The notes beneath the pieces are model-generated. The model was not told the DNA's origin. It ran no database searches and saw nothing but the letters and a program-made list of their open reading frames with translations. A stretch of DNA of 64,000 nt, taken from NCBI RefSeq assembly GCF_006345805.1, contig NC_043003.1, positions 30,814,001 to 30,878,000 on the forward strand, written 5' to 3'. Made by a program: the position numbers and the translations under genes. Shown here piece after piece: positions 63,781 through 64,000 of this stretch (positions are counted from its first letter, which is position 1; every line of letters starts with the position of its first letter). The stretch comes from Octopus sinensis (Eukaryota).

Positions 63781-64000
63781 ACGTATCTGAAATGTTTGAT
63801 TAAAAAAAGCCTTGCTCAAAAGATTTCATTTGCAAGACAAAAATGACATGTGACAGCTGAAGGTAAAATCTTTATTTTGTCATTCTCCTTCCTCTCTCCT
63901 GCAGGTCCTAATGGCTTTTCTTGTCTCACAGCTTTAAAAAGTCATCCTTATTGGAAAGTTACTGGATTGATGTAATAGCTGCTGAAAGACAGATTCACTA

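Noticed and set aside
63284-63846. Long ORFs on both strands
   Set aside because: TA/TG microsatellite artefact

Overview
AT-rich, CpG-poor, repeat-dense eukaryotic DNA. The SINE families and microsatellite load point to a coleoid cephalopod, probably Octopus (inference from recognising repeat types, not a search). No intact protein-coding gene is supportable: the long ORFs are microsatellite artefacts, and the window looks like intronic or intergenic DNA with a few candidate + strand exons. Content: (i) several SINE families (tRNA-headed families labelled A, B and D here, a headless (GAT)n-tailed family C, and an old ~220-bp (CAA)n-tailed family E); (ii) decayed retroelement ORFs (RTE RT with an inserted PHD-like finger, CR1/L2-type endonuclease, Gypsy RNaseH/integrase, several LINE 3' ends); (iii) DNA-transposon relics and MITEs (Tigger/pogo, mariner, hAT with 8-bp TSD, TTAA/piggyBac-like); (iv) fold-back hairpins and mini/microsatellites. 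The most interesting signal is a set of type-I hammerhead ribozyme motifs of the minimal Penelope type. One has a complete catalytic core (62596-62701). Two lie in an inverted dimer of a tRNA-headed element (8345-8617), and three others are decayed. All alignments, folds and coordinates were done by eye, and repeat edges are approximate.
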